Part shown: positions 22,148 to 30,837 of the stretch, piece by piece
Layout of the letters: each line of letters starts with the position of its first letter
Numbering within the stretch: the first letter of the stretch is position 1
NCBI GenBank assembly: GCA_963815455.1
Contig: CAWFGO010000002.1
Location: forward strand, 576,001-640,000
Source: an uncultured Verrucomicrobiae bacterium
GTDB lineage: Bacteria > Verrucomicrobiota > Verrucomicrobiia > Chthoniobacterales > UBA10450
Direction: 5' to 3'
Length of the DNA stretch: 64,000 bases
Notes under the pieces: generated by a model
Seen by the model: only the letters and a program-made list of their open reading frames with translations
Databases searched by the model: none
What the model was told of the DNA's origin: nothing
Translations under genes and position numbers: made by a program

Positions 22148-22582
22148 TCAGTGCGCGGGGGTGAGAAGCCCGAAAAGGCGGCTGATGTGGTAACCGATTA
22201 CGGTTCTACCGGCCAAGTCTTTCCGTTGGGCTTTGAGCTGTCCCTGCACGACGCCAAGTTTGGTGAACACGGTATTCCAATCGGTTTCCAGTCGACGAAC
22301 CTCATCGTTGGTCAACTCGCGAACACCGCGCACGGAAGAGGCGCGCTGCAAGACATTCATCACTTTGCCCGACAACTCGGCCACTACATTCAGTCTCGCA
22401 AAAACGTGCTCGGTCTCTTGCAGGAGATTGGCCCGAGTCTCGGTAAACTGCCGTTCCTGCTCGGTCGAGATAATCGGCCTGGCCTTATCGAGCCCATAGG
22501 TAATGAGGTCGTGCAAACGCTTCCAGTTATCCAATTGAAGCGTGAGCAGGCGCAGTTTTGTTTCGAGCTCCTTATCTTTCAT
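22148..22582 (-). CDS. Hypothetical helical protein
   Basis: 144-aa ORF with a plausible amphipathic sequence, overlapping the upstream gene's end. Confidence 0.7.
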   Translation of the reverse strand: MKDKELETKLRLLTLQLDNWKRLHDLITYGLDKARPIISTEQERQFTETRANLLQETEHVFARLNVVAELSGKVMNVLQRASSVRGVRELTNDEVRRLETDWNTVFTKLGVVQGQLKAQRKDLAGRTVIGYHISRLFGLLTPAH

Positions 22583-23328
22583 TGTGGGATTGCAGGTTCA
22601 CCAGTTCGAGCGTCTCGTCGAGTTTTTGCAGGTTATCGATCAACAAATGGGCCCAGGGACGATCGACGGTTTGCACATGGCTGATGATCCCCTCTTCAAA
22701 ATAAAAGCGGCCTTGCCGCCACCGGAAAAGCTCCGCCACCGCCGCTTCGCCCTCGAGCGATCCGAAAACAGCGTGACGCACAGCTCCCTGCTGCAAATAA
22801 ATTTCGCTCGTCGCCGCGGCTCGACCTGAACGTGAACCGCCCGCTTCGCTGGCTCAGGCAACTCATCTGCAAAATCTCCGCAGCGGTAAATTGATTGAGG
22901 TTGCCGATTAGTGAGTGACACGGATCGATCCCCTCCGCCGTTGTGCCTCCCGGTTTTTCAAGCGAACGAACGAGGCTCCTCAACTCGCGGTCCAGTGCAC
23001 TTGGGCGTTGGCCGCTCAGGATCAAGCCGATCTCCTGTTGCTCGGCCACTGCGGCGATCGTTCCTTCCTCCAGTGCCGGCACCAGGCACGTTATTTTGAG
23101 CGAAGGAAAATGCTGTCTGGCATTCGTCGCTTGTTCCAGCGCCAGCACAGTTTCCCCTTCCACCACAAAAGCATCGAAATTTTCGGTCAATAGCACCGCC
23201 ACGGCCTCGGAAAGCGTTCGCGCGACCCTGACTTCGACTCCGTCGATCATGTCGAGGATGGCCAGCGCATCGTCTTGAAAGACTGGGTCCGCGTTTAAGA
23301 TTAGTAACCGGGTTTCCACGATTGCCAT
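22572..23328 (-). CDS. Receiver-like + DUF4388 domain protein; frameshift near 22810
   Basis: GNLNQFTAAEILQMSCLSQRSGRF, then GAVRHAVFGSLEGEAAVAELFRWRQGRFYF in the other frame (DUF4388 pattern). Confidence 0.75.
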
Positions 23329-23384
23329 AAGCCCGGCGGCTTTAGAGCAGGAACCTTGCCCGCGGCCGGGGTCCAGGCTGTTCC

Positions 23385-24332
23385 CTATTTTCGCCACTCC
23401 CGGCGAGGCGGCGGGGCGGCAAATGCCTCGGGCGCAATCTCGTGCGCCGTCCGGAAATGGACCTTGGCCACCTCCCGCAGCGCTTCCGGGCCACCTTTTT
23501 CCACCACCTTTTTCGCCGTCTCTTTTACGGCAGGCGATATCCCTCGCTCCAAGCTTAAACCGAGCTCCTTGCCCTTGCGATCCAGCCAGTTGATGAAACC
23601 CTCGCGCGCCAGAATCGATGCCCCAGCCACCGCAATGTCCGATTCCGCCTTCGTGCGTTGTTGGATGTCGATCTTGCGCCCGTGCCCAAACAGCGATTGC
23701 TCGATTACTCGCACGTCCGCGAATTGATCCGACAACGACCGCGGACAGTCCGGCTTTTTCGCCAGCAGATTCTCGATTACCCGGGCGTGTCCCCAGCCAA
23801 GCAGCTTGTTGAGATTGCCGAATTTCTCGTAAAGCTCGTTATATTTTTTCGGGCCGATCAGGACTGTCTCGACCAGGCCAAGCGAAGTTTTTCGTATCGT
23901 ATCGGCCAACGCGCGAATCCGTGCATCGGAGGTGATCCGTTTGCTGTCTACAACGCCGGCATCGAGAAGGTTCCGGGCGATCCCACGATCGACATACATC
24001 CCGGCGATTACCAGCGGCCCAAAAAAATCGCCCTTCCCGCTCTCGTCCACCCCGAAATGCGGCTCGAACATTTCCGGCGAATGCACTTCCTCGTAGCCGA
24101 GCTTGGCTTCTCCCAGAATTTTCGGCTCGAGCTCAAATTGCACGAACTCCTCCAGGCCCTTTCCCTGAAGCAGAATCTTGGGTCCCTTCTCGTAAACCGC
24201 CACGCTCAGCTTGTTTTTCTGCGCGAAAAAAATCGTGTAGGGCTTGGGCGAGAATTCAAATCCGAGTTCGTCGAGCAACTCGCGAAGTTTCGTCACCTGC
24301 TCGCTTGTGAGCGCGTGGGTATAGGAATTCAA
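23385..24332 (-). CDS. rnhC: Ribonuclease HIII
   Basis: N-terminal TBP-like domain, GVDESGKGDFFGPLV, DSKR, DQF, KAES..VAGASILAR and KVHF. Confidence 0.93.
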   Translation of the reverse strand: MNSYTHALTSEQVTKLRELLDELGFEFSPKPYTIFFAQKNKLSVAVYEKGPKILLQGKGLEEFVQFELEPKILGEAKLGYEEVHSPEMFEPHFGVDESGKGDFFGPLVIAGMYVDRGIARNLLDAGVVDSKRITSDARIRALADTIRKTSLGLVETVLIGPKKYNELYEKFGNLNKLLGWGHARVIENLLAKKPDCPRSLSDQFADVRVIEQSLFGHGRKIDIQQRTKAESDIAVAGASILAREGFINWLDRKGKELGLSLERGISPAVKETAKKVVEKGGPEALREVAKVHFRTAHEIAPEAFAAPPPRREWRK

Positions 24333-24408
24333 CGCTCAACGCTCAACGTTCAACGCCCAACGTTCAATTATCTTCTGCATTGCCCATAGGGACGTTGGGC
24401 GTTGAGCG
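24328..24408. repeat. Inverted heptamer tandem arrays ((T/C)CAACG(C/T))n ... (CGTTG(G/A)G)n
   Basis: TCAACGC TCAACGC TCAACGT TCAACGC CCAACGT TCAA, then GACGTTGGGCGTTGAGCG 22 nt later. Confidence 0.85.
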
Positions 24409-24510
24409 CTTCGCCCCACGACATCCGAAAATTCCGCTTCCCGCCGCCCCGCTGGCATCGCCGAACCGGCACTTGACCCTTGCTACAGGAAAAAAATCGG
24501 CTTGCCATAT

Positions 24511-24528
24511 ATTAGATAATTATCTAAT
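24511..24528. promoter_or_regulatory. Perfect 18-bp palindromic operator upstream of the ArsR gene
   Basis: ATTAGATAATTATCTAAT is its own reverse complement. It lies just after TTGCCA (24502-24507) and 10 nt before the TTG start. Confidence 0.8.
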
Positions 24529-24538
24529 TATACAAACA

Positions 24539-24814
24539 TTGAACCTCCTCTTTAAAGCCCTCCGCGATCCTACTCGCCGCCGCATCCTCGAAATGCTCAA
24601 GGAACGTGATCTCAACGTGAATCAAATCAGCGAGGCCTTCGCCATGACTACCCCGAGCATCTCTTATCATCTCGATCTGCTTAAACACGCCCGGCTCGTC
24701 TCCGCCCGCAAAAATGGCCAGTTCGTCATTTACTCGCTCGAAACCACCGTGCTCGATGACTCGCTCGGTTGGATTCTTGATCTGATCAAAAAAGGGAAAG
24801 GAAAACGAAAATGA
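24539..24814 (+). CDS. ArsR/SmtB family repressor (SdpR-like)
   Basis: LFKALRDPTRRRILEML, PSISYHLDLLK and KNGQFVIYSL; directly upstream of an SdpI gene. Confidence 0.9.
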   Translation: MNLLFKALRDPTRRRILEMLKERDLNVNQISEAFAMTTPSISYHLDLLKHARLVSARKNGQFVIYSLETTVLDDSLGWILDLIKKGKGKRK

Positions 24815-25473
24815 AGAACAAACTCAACTGGCTCGAGGCAGCTCTGCTGGTCGCGCCTTTTCTCGTTATCGCCGCATTCTGGAACAAACTTCCGGCACGC
24901 CTGCCAGTTCATTGGAATTTGCATGGCGAAGTCGATCGGTGGGCATCGTCGAAACCAATCGAGATTTTTATCTTGCCGCTAATCGCTGTTGGAGTGGTCG
25001 TGCTCCTGCGCGTCGTGCCCCGGCTCGATCCCAAGCTGCGGGCCGGGCAGCAAAACGAACGGACGCCCGCCGTCCTCCAAATCTTGCGGCTCACTCTGGC
25101 GGCTTTTTTCGATCTGATTTTTTTCATCCAAATCGCCACGGCACTGAATTACACCACCGCCGGCGGCCGGGCGATTATCTGGGGCGCGCTTGTTTTGCTT
25201 GCGATCATGGGCAACTACCTGGGTAATTTGCGCCCGAATTATTTTATCGGCATCCGCACACCCTGGACGCTGGAGAGCGCCGAGACCTGGCGAGCGACCC
25301 ATCGGCTCGGGGGACGGTTGATCTTTTTTGGCGCGCTCCTGCTTCTGGCCGCGGAATTCTTTCTCAGCCAAAGCGCATTCGCTTTTCTTTTTGTGACCTT
25401 GATTGTTTTGCTCGTGGCATGGGCATTTTATTATTCCTGGCATCATTTTCGAACGCATGGCGCGACGCACTAG
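24811..25473 (+). CDS. SdpI family immunity membrane protein (DUF1648 + SdpI)
   Basis: LPARLPVHWNLHGEVD and NYFIGIRTPWTLESAETWRATHRLGG. Confidence 0.9.
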   Translation: MKNKLNWLEAALLVAPFLVIAAFWNKLPARLPVHWNLHGEVDRWASSKPIEIFILPLIAVGVVVLLRVVPRLDPKLRAGQQNERTPAVLQILRLTLAAFFDLIFFIQIATALNYTTAGGRAIIWGALVLLAIMGNYLGNLRPNYFIGIRTPWTLESAETWRATHRLGGRLIFFGALLLLAAEFFLSQSAFAFLFVTLIVLLVAWAFYYSWHHFRTHGATH

Positions 25474-26487
25474 ACGCTCTCAGCCGCGGATAGATCCCGC
25501 TCTTTTTCAACGGGAACTTTTTCTCTGGTTTGCGCGCAACGGTCGCCGTCTCCCCTGGCGCAAGACTCGCGATCCCTACGCCATCCTCGTTTCCGAGTTC
25601 ATGCTCCAGCAAACCCAGGTCGCCACGGTCATTCCTTATTATCATGAATGGCTTCGCCGGTTCCCGACTTTCGAAGCACTCGCCCGCGTCTCTGAAAACG
25701 ATGTCCTCCATGCCTGGCAAGGCCTCGGCTACTACGCGCGCGCTCGAAATCTGCATGCCGCTGCAAAGACCGTTGTGGATCGACATCGTGGAAAATTTCC
25801 GCGCCGGATCGCCGAGATCCGCGATCTGCCAGGAGTAGGAAAATACACCGCGAACGCCGTCGCCAGTTTCGCCTTCGACCAATCGGTCCCAATTGTCGAG
25901 GCAAACACCGCCCGGGTCTTGGCCCGACTCTTTGATGTGCGAATACCTATCGATCAAGCCAATGGTCGTGCTGCGCTGTGGGAGCACGCCACCTCATTGA
26001 TCCCAAAGGCTTCTTCTCGAATTCATAATTCGGCGCTGATTGATCTCGGCGCGCTAGTCTGCTTGCCCAAGCCAAAATGCGGGGTTTGTCCGGTCAAAAA
26101 ATTTTGCGGGGCCAGCGACCCCGAACTCCTTCCTCGCAGGAAAAAGCGCCCACGGTTGAAAAACCTCGTCGAGACCCACGCCTTCGTAATCCGTCAGGAC
26201 AAAATCCTGCTCGAACAATCGCGTGGCCGGTGGCGGGGAATGTGGATTTTGCCGCCACGACTGACAGGCACAGGCAATCATCGTGGCAACTAGCAAAGGC
26301 CGATTTCCCCATTCGATCGATCTTTCCTTTTACGCACCATCGGGTGACGCTTCGCGTCTTTCGACAAACTCGACAGAGGACCGACAACGATCAGCGGCAC
26401 TGGTTCCCGATTTCCACTCTGGACTCTGTTCCCGTTCCCTCTCCGCATCGCCGGGCTCTTGTTGCTCTGCTCGGAATTGAACATTGA
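25457..26487 (+). CDS. mutY: A/G-specific adenine glycosylase; frameshift near 26290
   Basis: VSEFMLQQTQV, WQGLGYYARARNL, LPGVGKYTA and the Fe-S motif C..KPKCGVCPV..C; the C-terminus FTHHRVTL is in another frame. Confidence 0.93.
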
Positions 26488-26533
26488 GGGTTGAGCGTTT
26501 CTCTGCGATAACTTTTTCGGTAGCGCGAAATTT

Positions 26534-27409
26534 ATGCGAAGCATGACCGGTTACGGCCGCGGCGAAGCGGATGTCCGCGGCACAAAATTCAGTGTCGAGC
26601 TCAATTCCGTGAACCGGAAGCAAAGTGACATTGTCATCAATGTCCCGCGCGATCTGGCCGAGCTGGAGCCGCGCATTCGTCAGGCGATCAATGAGAATAT
26701 CTCCCGCGGCCGCACCACCGCGATTGTCAATTTTCATGCCGGCGCCAACGGCGCCCGACCGCTCGCTCTCGACACCGAGCTGGCCCGTTCTTATCACGAA
26801 GCGATGCGCGCTCTGCAAAAAGAGTTGAGCGCGCCGGGCGAGATCACCATCAGCACAATTCTTCAGGCGCCCGGCGTAATGCGGGCCCCGGAACAAGTCT
26901 TGAGTGCCGAAGAAGCATGGCCGGCTGTCGATCAAGCTTTGCGCGCCGCGCTTTCCGCGCTGATCAAAATGCGCGAGCGCGAAGGCAAACATCTGGCCAA
27001 AGATTTGATTCATCGCCTCAAGGCCATCCGAAAGACGCTCAAGGAGGTTCGTGCGCTGCACCCGGATGTCGTGAAAAAATATCGCGCTGCGCTCCTGGAT
27101 CGCATTCAAAAAGCCGGGCTGCCGATTGCCACCGATGACGAGCGATTGTTAAAAGAAGTTTCATTCTTCGCCGATCGCTCCGATGTGTCGGAGGAATTAA
27201 CGCGCCTCGAAAGTCACATTGCTCAATTCGCGCACCATCTGCGCCGGACCGAACCGATCGGGCGCACACTTGAATTCATCACCCAGGAGATGGCTCGCGA
27301 GCTGAATACCCTCGGCGCCAAGGCAAATGACGCCGGTATCTCCCAGCGTGTGGTAGCATGCAAGGCGGAGCTCGAAAAAATTCGCGAGCAAATTCAAAAT
27401 CTTGAGTAA
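26534..27409 (+). CDS. YicC/YloC family endoribonuclease
   Basis: MRSMTGYG, SVNRK, EELTRLESH, GRTLEFITQEMARELNTLGAK and EKIREQIQNLE. Confidence 0.94.
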   Translation: MRSMTGYGRGEADVRGTKFSVELNSVNRKQSDIVINVPRDLAELEPRIRQAINENISRGRTTAIVNFHAGANGARPLALDTELARSYHEAMRALQKELSAPGEITISTILQAPGVMRAPEQVLSAEEAWPAVDQALRAALSALIKMREREGKHLAKDLIHRLKAIRKTLKEVRALHPDVVKKYRAALLDRIQKAGLPIATDDERLLKEVSFFADRSDVSEELTRLESHIAQFAHHLRRTEPIGRTLEFITQEMARELNTLGAKANDAGISQRVVACKAELEKIREQIQNLE

Positions 27410-28013
27410 ACAATTCAGTCGTTACGGCATCCTCTTTGTCGTTTCCGCTCCCTCGGGTGCGGGAAAAACAACCCTGGTCGATGCCCTGCGCCAAACGTCC
27501 AATTTCGTTTACTCCGTTTCCTGCACAACGCGTCCCCCCCGCAGCGGCGAGGTCGAAGGCGAAGATTATCAGTTTTTGTCCGCACCCGAATTTCAAGCGC
27601 GCGCCAAAGCCGGCGAATTTCTCGAGCACGCGCAGGTGCACGGCGATTATTATGGAACGCTGCGCCAGCCAGTACTGACGAACTTAAAGGAAGGCGTCGA
27701 TGTCTTGATCGACATCGACACTCAGGGAGCCGCCTCGATTCGCAGCTGCGACAACCCATTTATTCGGGAGGCGTTAACCGATGTTTTCATCATGCCGCCC
27801 GATCTGGACGAATTGCGCCGGCGGCTGAGGAAACGCGGCACCGAAACGAACGAGCAGATCGAACGCCGCCTCCAGACCGCTGCCCGCGAGATGGAACTGT
27901 GGCGCGATTATCGCTATACTATCATCAGCAAATCGATGGAGGAGGATTTGCAAAAGTTTCGGAGCATCATGAGCGCGGAAAGTTATCTGAGTCGCCGATT
28001 GGTCCAAAAATGA
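27402..28013 (+). CDS. gmk: Guanylate kinase
   Basis: SAPSGAGKTT, SCTTRPPR.GE..G.DY and YYGT. Confidence 0.96.
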   Translation: MSKQFSRYGILFVVSAPSGAGKTTLVDALRQTSNFVYSVSCTTRPPRSGEVEGEDYQFLSAPEFQARAKAGEFLEHAQVHGDYYGTLRQPVLTNLKEGVDVLIDIDTQGAASIRSCDNPFIREALTDVFIMPPDLDELRRRLRKRGTETNEQIERRLQTAAREMELWRDYRYTIISKSMEEDLQKFRSIMSAESYLSRRLVQK

Positions 28014-28042
28014 CGTAACGCCCCGGACGCTGTCGATCTCGC

Positions 28043-28666
28043 ATGGAAAGAAACGCAAAACGTAAGCGCGACAAAGCCACTGGGCAGAAAGTGGTCGCGT
28101 TGCGCCGTGGCGCGCGATGCATCGTTCTTGGCGTCACGGGATCGATAGCCGCTTACAAATCCGCCGAGCTGGCGAGCCTGCTCTTTAAACAGGGCCACGA
28201 GATTTTTGTCGTGATGACGAAAGACGCAACGGAGTTCATCACGCCGTTGACCCTGCAAACGCTTTCGAAAAATCCGGTGATGACGAGTTTCTACGATGAA
28301 AAGGAAAACTGGCGCCCGGGCCACATCGAACTCGCCGACCGGGCGAATCTTCTTTTGATCGCTCCGGCCACAGCGAACATCATCGCCGAGCTCGCGCACG
28401 GTTTGGCCGGTCATCCCCTGGCCGCCATCGCTCTCGCCACTCGCGCGCCGATTCTGATCGCGCCGGCCATGAACGGCAAAATGTGGGAGCACCGCGCGAC
28501 ACAAGAGAACGTTGAGAAATTGAAAAAGCGCGGAGCGGAATTCATCGGACCGGAAGAGGGAATGCTCGCCTGCGGCTATGAAGGCGTCGGCCGGCTCTGG
28601 AAAGTGGACGACATCGCGTTTCGAGCCGAACTCATGCTGGCGCGCCAGGAAAATTTGATCGCGTGA
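28043..28666 (+). CDS. coaC: Phosphopantothenoylcysteine decarboxylase (CoaC half of CoaBC)
   Basis: LGVTGSIAAYK, HIELA, APATAN, APAMN and LACG..G.GR. Confidence 0.92.
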   Translation: MERNAKRKRDKATGQKVVALRRGARCIVLGVTGSIAAYKSAELASLLFKQGHEIFVVMTKDATEFITPLTLQTLSKNPVMTSFYDEKENWRPGHIELADRANLLLIAPATANIIAELAHGLAGHPLAAIALATRAPILIAPAMNGKMWEHRATQENVEKLKKRGAEFIGPEEGMLACGYEGVGRLWKVDDIAFRAELMLARQENLIA

Positions 28667-29307
28667 GATTTCTTATCACGGCCGGCCCGACCCGCGAGCC
28701 GATCGACCCGGTTCGTTACCTGAGCAATCGTTCATCCGGCAAAATGGGCTACGCCATCGCCGAAGCGGCAATCGAAGCCGGACACGACGTCGTCTTGATT
28801 TCCGGTCCGGTGAATCTAGATCCGCCAACCGGAGCACAGCTGGTCTCGATCCAGACCAGCGACGAGATGCACGATGCCGTGCATCGACATCTGCCCGCCT
28901 GCGACGTTCTGGTCATGTGCGCGGCGGTGGTCGATTACAAAGCGGCGAACGTTTCAAAGCAGAAAATCAAAAAGCGCGCCGGCGCTTTTTCTCTGGAGCT
29001 GATTCCAACCCGGGACATTCTCGCATCGCTTCCACAGGATCGACAATTTCTCGTGGTCGGTTTCGCGGCGGAAACGAACGACATCGAAAAATATGGGCGA
29101 GAAAAATTGCGCGAGAAAAATTGCGACATCATCGTGGCGAACGATGTGGCGATTGGAATGGAAAGCGATGAAAACGAAGTGATGGTTCTGTTCCAAAACA
29201 GTGAATCGAAGAAAATTTCGCGCGCTCCGAAAAAAAATATCGCGCGCGAGCTCGTAAAAATATTTTTAAATTCGTGCGAAAAACGTTTGACAAAAAATAT
29301 GAGGTGA
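28663..29307 (+). CDS. coaB: Phosphopantothenate--cysteine ligase (CoaB half)
   Basis: LITAGPTREPIDPVRYLSNRSSGKMG and VGFAAET; GTGA overlap with coaC. Confidence 0.92.
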   Translation: MRFLITAGPTREPIDPVRYLSNRSSGKMGYAIAEAAIEAGHDVVLISGPVNLDPPTGAQLVSIQTSDEMHDAVHRHLPACDVLVMCAAVVDYKAANVSKQKIKKRAGAFSLELIPTRDILASLPQDRQFLVVGFAAETNDIEKYGREKLREKNCDIIVANDVAIGMESDENEVMVLFQNSESKKISRAPKKNIARELVKIFLNSCEKRLTKNMR

Positions 29308-29385
29308 TTACTTGACGGGTGTAAGTGAAGTTATTCCCAACTAAAAAATTTCCGCGATTGCGGATTGAAAGGGGGGAATTAGTCG

Positions 29386-29445
29386 ATGGCTAAGAAGAAA
29401 AAGAAAGCAGCAAAGAAAAAATCAGCGAAGAGAAAGAGGCATTAA
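29386..29445 (+). CDS. 19-aa Lys/Arg-rich small protein MAKKKKKAAKKKSAKRKRH
   Basis: ATG..TAA read directly from the sequence, preceded by a purine-rich SD-like GAAAGGGGGG and followed by an intrinsic terminator. Confidence 0.65.
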   Translation: MAKKKKKAAKKKSAKRKRH

Positions 29446-29502
29446 GGCCCAACTCTCGTTAACGACTTCGGAATCTTTCGGAGTCATAACCCCAACCTTA
29501 AC

Positions 29503-29539
29503 CCGGGAGGAGAATTCAGTTTTTCCTCCCGGTTTTTTT
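29503..29539 (+). terminator. Rho-independent terminator
   Basis: CCGGGAGGA...TCCTCCCGG stem followed by T7. Confidence 0.85.
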
Positions 29540-29602
29540 GTACTCAGCCCGCCGTCATTTCGTTGTGCACTTCCCGGCCTTTGTGCGAAATAACCTCTGG
29601 CC

Positions 29603-30349
29603 ATGAAGCATTATCTCGACGCGGCCGAGAAAGCCGCACTCGCCGCGGGCGATCTGCTCCGGGAAAATTTCCACCAGCCCAAGCGCGTGAATCTGGCCGA
29701 GGCGCATGATATTAAACTTGAGATCGATGTGCGGACGCAGGAACTAATCACGCGCCAGCTTCTCAAACAATTCCCGGAACACGCGCTTTACGGCGAGGAA
29801 GGAATCGTCGGCGACAAGGCGAGCGAGCAGCAATGGATTGTCGATCCACTCGACGGCACGGTAAATTATTTCCACGGCATCCCGCACTTTTGCGTGTCGA
29901 TCGCGTTTCGATTGCGAGGCGAGATCGTCGTGGGCGTAATTTACGATCCGATGCGCAACGAAATGTGGTCGGGACAGAAGGGCGAGAAGCCGCGACTCAA
30001 TGGTCGCGAGTTTCGCGTCAGCGAGCGGATCAACCTGGCCGAAGCCGTTATCTCTGTCGGCCTTTCCAAGACCGGCCAGATGATCGATTGCAATCTGCCC
30101 TTGCTCGGCGAGATGGTCCATCGCGTGCGCAAATGCCGCGTGCTCGGCAGCGCCGCGCTGGACATGGCTTATGTGGCCTGCGGGCGTTTCGACGCTTACA
30201 TCGAGCTTGGAATCAGTTTATGGGATATCGCCGCGGGCTGGCTGTTGATTGAAAGCGCCGGCGGCAAGGTCGATCTGAAACCGCGCAAAGATATGAAGGA
30301 CAAATACAGCATCGTCGCCACCAACGGCGTCATCGATCTGAAACTCTGA
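29603..30349 (+). CDS. suhB: Inositol monophosphatase family protein
   Basis: GEE, WIVDPLDGTVNY, GSAALD and WDIAAG. Confidence 0.9.
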   Translation: MKHYLDAAEKAALAAGDLLRENFHQPKRVNLAEAHDIKLEIDVRTQELITRQLLKQFPEHALYGEEGIVGDKASEQQWIVDPLDGTVNYFHGIPHFCVSIAFRLRGEIVVGVIYDPMRNEMWSGQKGEKPRLNGREFRVSERINLAEAVISVGLSKTGQMIDCNLPLLGEMVHRVRKCRVLGSAALDMAYVACGRFDAYIELGISLWDIAAGWLLIESAGGKVDLKPRKDMKDKYSIVATNGVIDLKL

Positions 30350-30831
30350 TGACAACAACTCGATGCGGCATTGGCTACGACATTCATCGTCTGGCCGATG
30401 ATCGACAATTGATTCTGGGCGGGGTGGAGATCGCGCACTCGCACGGACTTGCCGGGCATTCCGATGCCGACGTTTTGTCACACGCGATTGCCGATGCCTT
30501 ATTGGGAGCGATCGGCGCGGGAGATATCGGCCAGCATTTTCCGAACACCGACGAATCGATTCGCGGAATGAGCAGCCTGGACATTTTGCGGCAAGTCGCT
30601 GCGCTTCTGGCCAAAAATAAAGCGCGACCGATCAACGTGGACGCGACGCTGATCGCGGAAGCGCCCAAGATCGCGCCCCACATTTCGGCGATGCGAAAAA
30701 CGCTCGCGGATGCAATCGGCATCTCGGAGGCGCAAGTGAGCGTGAAAGCGACGACAAACGAGGGTCTCGGGTCAATCGGGCGCAATGAAGGCATGGCCGC
30801 GATGGCGGTGGCGACCGTCGAGATGGAGTGA
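30349..30831 (+). CDS. ispF: 2-C-methyl-D-erythritol 2,4-cyclodiphosphate synthase
   Basis: GYDIH, GHSDADV..HA..DALLGA and KATTNEGLG. Confidence 0.96.
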   Translation: MTTTRCGIGYDIHRLADDRQLILGGVEIAHSHGLAGHSDADVLSHAIADALLGAIGAGDIGQHFPNTDESIRGMSSLDILRQVAALLAKNKARPINVDATLIAEAPKIAPHISAMRKTLADAIGISEAQVSVKATTNEGLGSIGRNEGMAAMAVATVEME

Positions 30832-30837
30832 ATTTCT

